From: Hemiscyllium ocellatum | Taxonomy: Eukaryota | Length of the DNA: 64,000 nucleotides | Direction: 5' to 3' | NCBI RefSeq assembly: GCF_020745735.1 | Contig: NC_083412.1 | Span: 58,680,320-58,744,319, forward strand | Part shown: positions 61,761 to 64,000 of the stretch, piece by piece | Position numbering within the stretch: position 1 is the stretch's first letter | How the letters are laid out: each line of letters starts with the position of its first letter | Notes under the pieces: model-generated | Seen by the model: only the letters and a program-made list of their open reading frames with translations | Databases searched by the model: none | What the model was told of the DNA's origin: nothing | Program-made: the position numbers and the translations under genes

Positions 61761-63039
61761 TTTATCCTCCAGTAGAATGTCTGGTTGAACTATTGTGATT
61801 CGGACTATTTTGTGCAAGGGATGGGGTGGATGTTTGGGTGGGTACCACTATTGACCTGTTTCTTATGAAGTTGCTATGTTGTCATGAGATATGACCTTAG
61901 AAATGCATTTTATCTGAGAACCTAATCTTCCAAACTAAGGTCATGGCTCCATACTGACCCACCTTATCAGGAGTTCTGTTAAAGCCTGTTTTACAGCAGC
62001 AGATATAGTTTGTGATCCATTGTGTATGCGCCCCTGTTTATTTCTGTCACCAAGAAGCACATCTGAAACACATGGGAGTGCTGGCAGCTAACCATAATCA
62101 CTCCTTCCAATTAGAAGATCTGATGGAGTCAGAATGATAGTGACAATTTTGTAAAACTAATATCATTGTTTTTTCTTCAATAAAAATTTACTTCAGACTG
62201 CTGTCTTGTATTTCCCATTAATGTGTGGTTATCAGGGCATGGATGACCTTCAACAGCTGGATGACCATGAAACATTTCAAGCTGCATTGGTGAACTGTTG
62301 GCCATTATCTTAAATAACTAAGTCTCAAATGCTGCTTATCATGAGCAGAGCCATTCAGCAGTAATGGTGGGACCACATACTCATTCTACCTCAATCATTG
62401 CAAGTACTAACTGACTACAAGAAGAAATGCCTTATCTTTGAAGACAAACAGATCCATCTTGAGGCACTTCTGTGGTCTACAAGGGAAGAAGCAACCTATC
62501 AGCACTCTTTGTGTTCTTTACAATGGATGGAAACAGTAACATACCAAGAAATCATGTCCTTAAAAGCTTTTAGAGATCCTTAGTCACAAACCACATTTCA
62601 AGTTCTGGATTGGCATTTGGTGTTACCCTGATGTTCTTGGAGTAGGTGTTAGAAAATGTTGAATTCTAGGACTTAAAGGCATATTACCTTTCAATGTATA
62701 CTAACAAATTATCCATAATGTTGAGGTACGGATGCTGTTTGATCTGCTGTTTAAGAATAAAGACATTGGGACCATAGGTCATCCAGCTGTTGAAGCAATA
62801 TTCTTGTATTGTGTGTACACTTCACATTTGTTTTTTGTGTCATTCAAATTTCATGTTTTGCATTTTCACCAGTAGACATTTGATGGTCCAAGAAATGTAG
62901 GATTCCATATCCTCGACAATATTAGTCCTGTGGAAGTTGGCACCTACCCAGGAATGTAAGCCTGCTATGGTTAGATAGTTGCCTAAGCCATTTGACTGAT
63001 TATGACGTTAAGGAGCCCTAATAAAACGAGAGTTAGTGG

Positions 63040-64000
63040 GAGTCGGGAAAAGCACTGGATGAAGTTGTACCCGACACAAAGAAGATGGTTGTGGTTGTTG
63101 GAGGTCAGTCATTAACTCCAGGATATCTCTGCAAGGGCTTGTCAGGGGAATGTCCGAGGGCCAACTATGTTCAGTTGTTTCATCAATGACTTTCTTTCCA
63201 TCTTAAGATCAGAAGAGTGGTGTTTACTGATGATTGCACAATGTTCAGCAGCAGATAATGAAGCAGTCCATGTGCTGTTAGCTTATGCTCGAAATGTCAA
63301 CTTTCTGCTCCTCAGATGCTGCTGACTGACTCTGCTTTCCCACACCACACTTTTTCATTCTGATCGCCAACATCTGCAGTCCTCACTTTCTCCTACACAA
63401 TATCCAGGCTCAGGTTGATGAGTGGCAAGTAACATTCATACCCGACAATGACTATTTCCAACAAATGAGAATCTAACCATTGCCCTCAAGATTCAATGGT
63501 ATTACCATCACTAAAACCTCTACTATTGAAATCCTGGGAGTTATTCTTGACCAGAAACTGAACTGGACTAGTTCCCAATCCATTCTGAGAAGGGTCACTT
63601 GATCCAAAATGTTAACGCTGATGTACCTCCACAGATGCTGTCTGACCTGCTTAGCTTTTCCCGCAGTTTCTGTTTTTGTTTGTAGATATATCATTATTGT
63701 GGATGCAAAGGAAGGTCAGAGACTAGCACACCTGAAGTAAATAAGTCATGTCCTGACTCACAAAAGCCTATCCAGTATCTGCAAGGTACAAGTCAGGAGT
63801 ATAATGAAGCATTCCCCAAATTGCCTGGACAACTGCAGCCCCAAAAAACACTAAAAGAAGCTTGATACTATCCAAGACAAAAGCTACTTGTTTGATTGGA
63901 ACCATAACAATAAACTTTCAGGCTATAACATCCACACAGTAGCAGCAATCAACATATACAAGATGGACTGCAGAAGATCAAGGTTCCTTAAACTGCAGCA
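63040..64000 (+). mobile_element. CR1/L2-superfamily LINE RT region with nested PLE termini at ~63281-63395 and ~63575-63695
   Basis: KMVVVVGGQS, VFTDDCTMFS, ILGVILDQKLNWT; inserts carry gatgctgc..ctgcagtcctcactttctcc and gggtcacttgatccaaaatgttaa. Confidence 0.8.

Noticed and set aside
35300-64000. Expected syntenic neighbour (CD101/IGSF3/TTF2/VTCN1-like)
   Set aside because: No Ig-like or other recognisable host exon in any frame
1-64000. CRISPR arrays, operons or other prokaryotic systems
   Set aside because: Vertebrate intron-exon DNA; repeats are dispersed TEs, with no repeat-spacer periodicity

Overview
Eukaryotic, AT-rich, TE-dense genomic DNA from a cartilaginous fish. The HE1-type SINEs, HER1/CR1 LINEs and DeuSINEs point to a shark; a carpet shark is my inference. 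One host gene is well supported: PTGFRN (EWI-F/CD9P-1) on the + strand, with 8 coding exons (5355-32010, all introns GT-AG phase 1). They encode six V-type Ig domains, a TM helix and the conserved Cys-rich tail, followed by a probable ~3.3 kb 3' UTR. The signal-peptide exon lies upstream of the window. The rest is mostly transposon debris (HE1, DeuSINE, CR1/HER1, L2-like, Rex1/Babar, Gypsy integrase, possible Harbinger). The most striking structure is a set of Penelope-like element (PLE) insertions from at least three families that carry minimal dimer-type hammerhead ribozymes. Several form fold-back palindromes with stems of ~55 bp to ~1060 bp, a fixed 30-37 nt unpaired tail and 9-16 bp target-site duplications, and their internal boundaries cluster at the hammerhead. 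PLE hammerheads, inverted arms and tails are known in general; the quantitative regularities seen here are what merit testing. All coordinates were read by eye; boundaries of old repeats are approximate.
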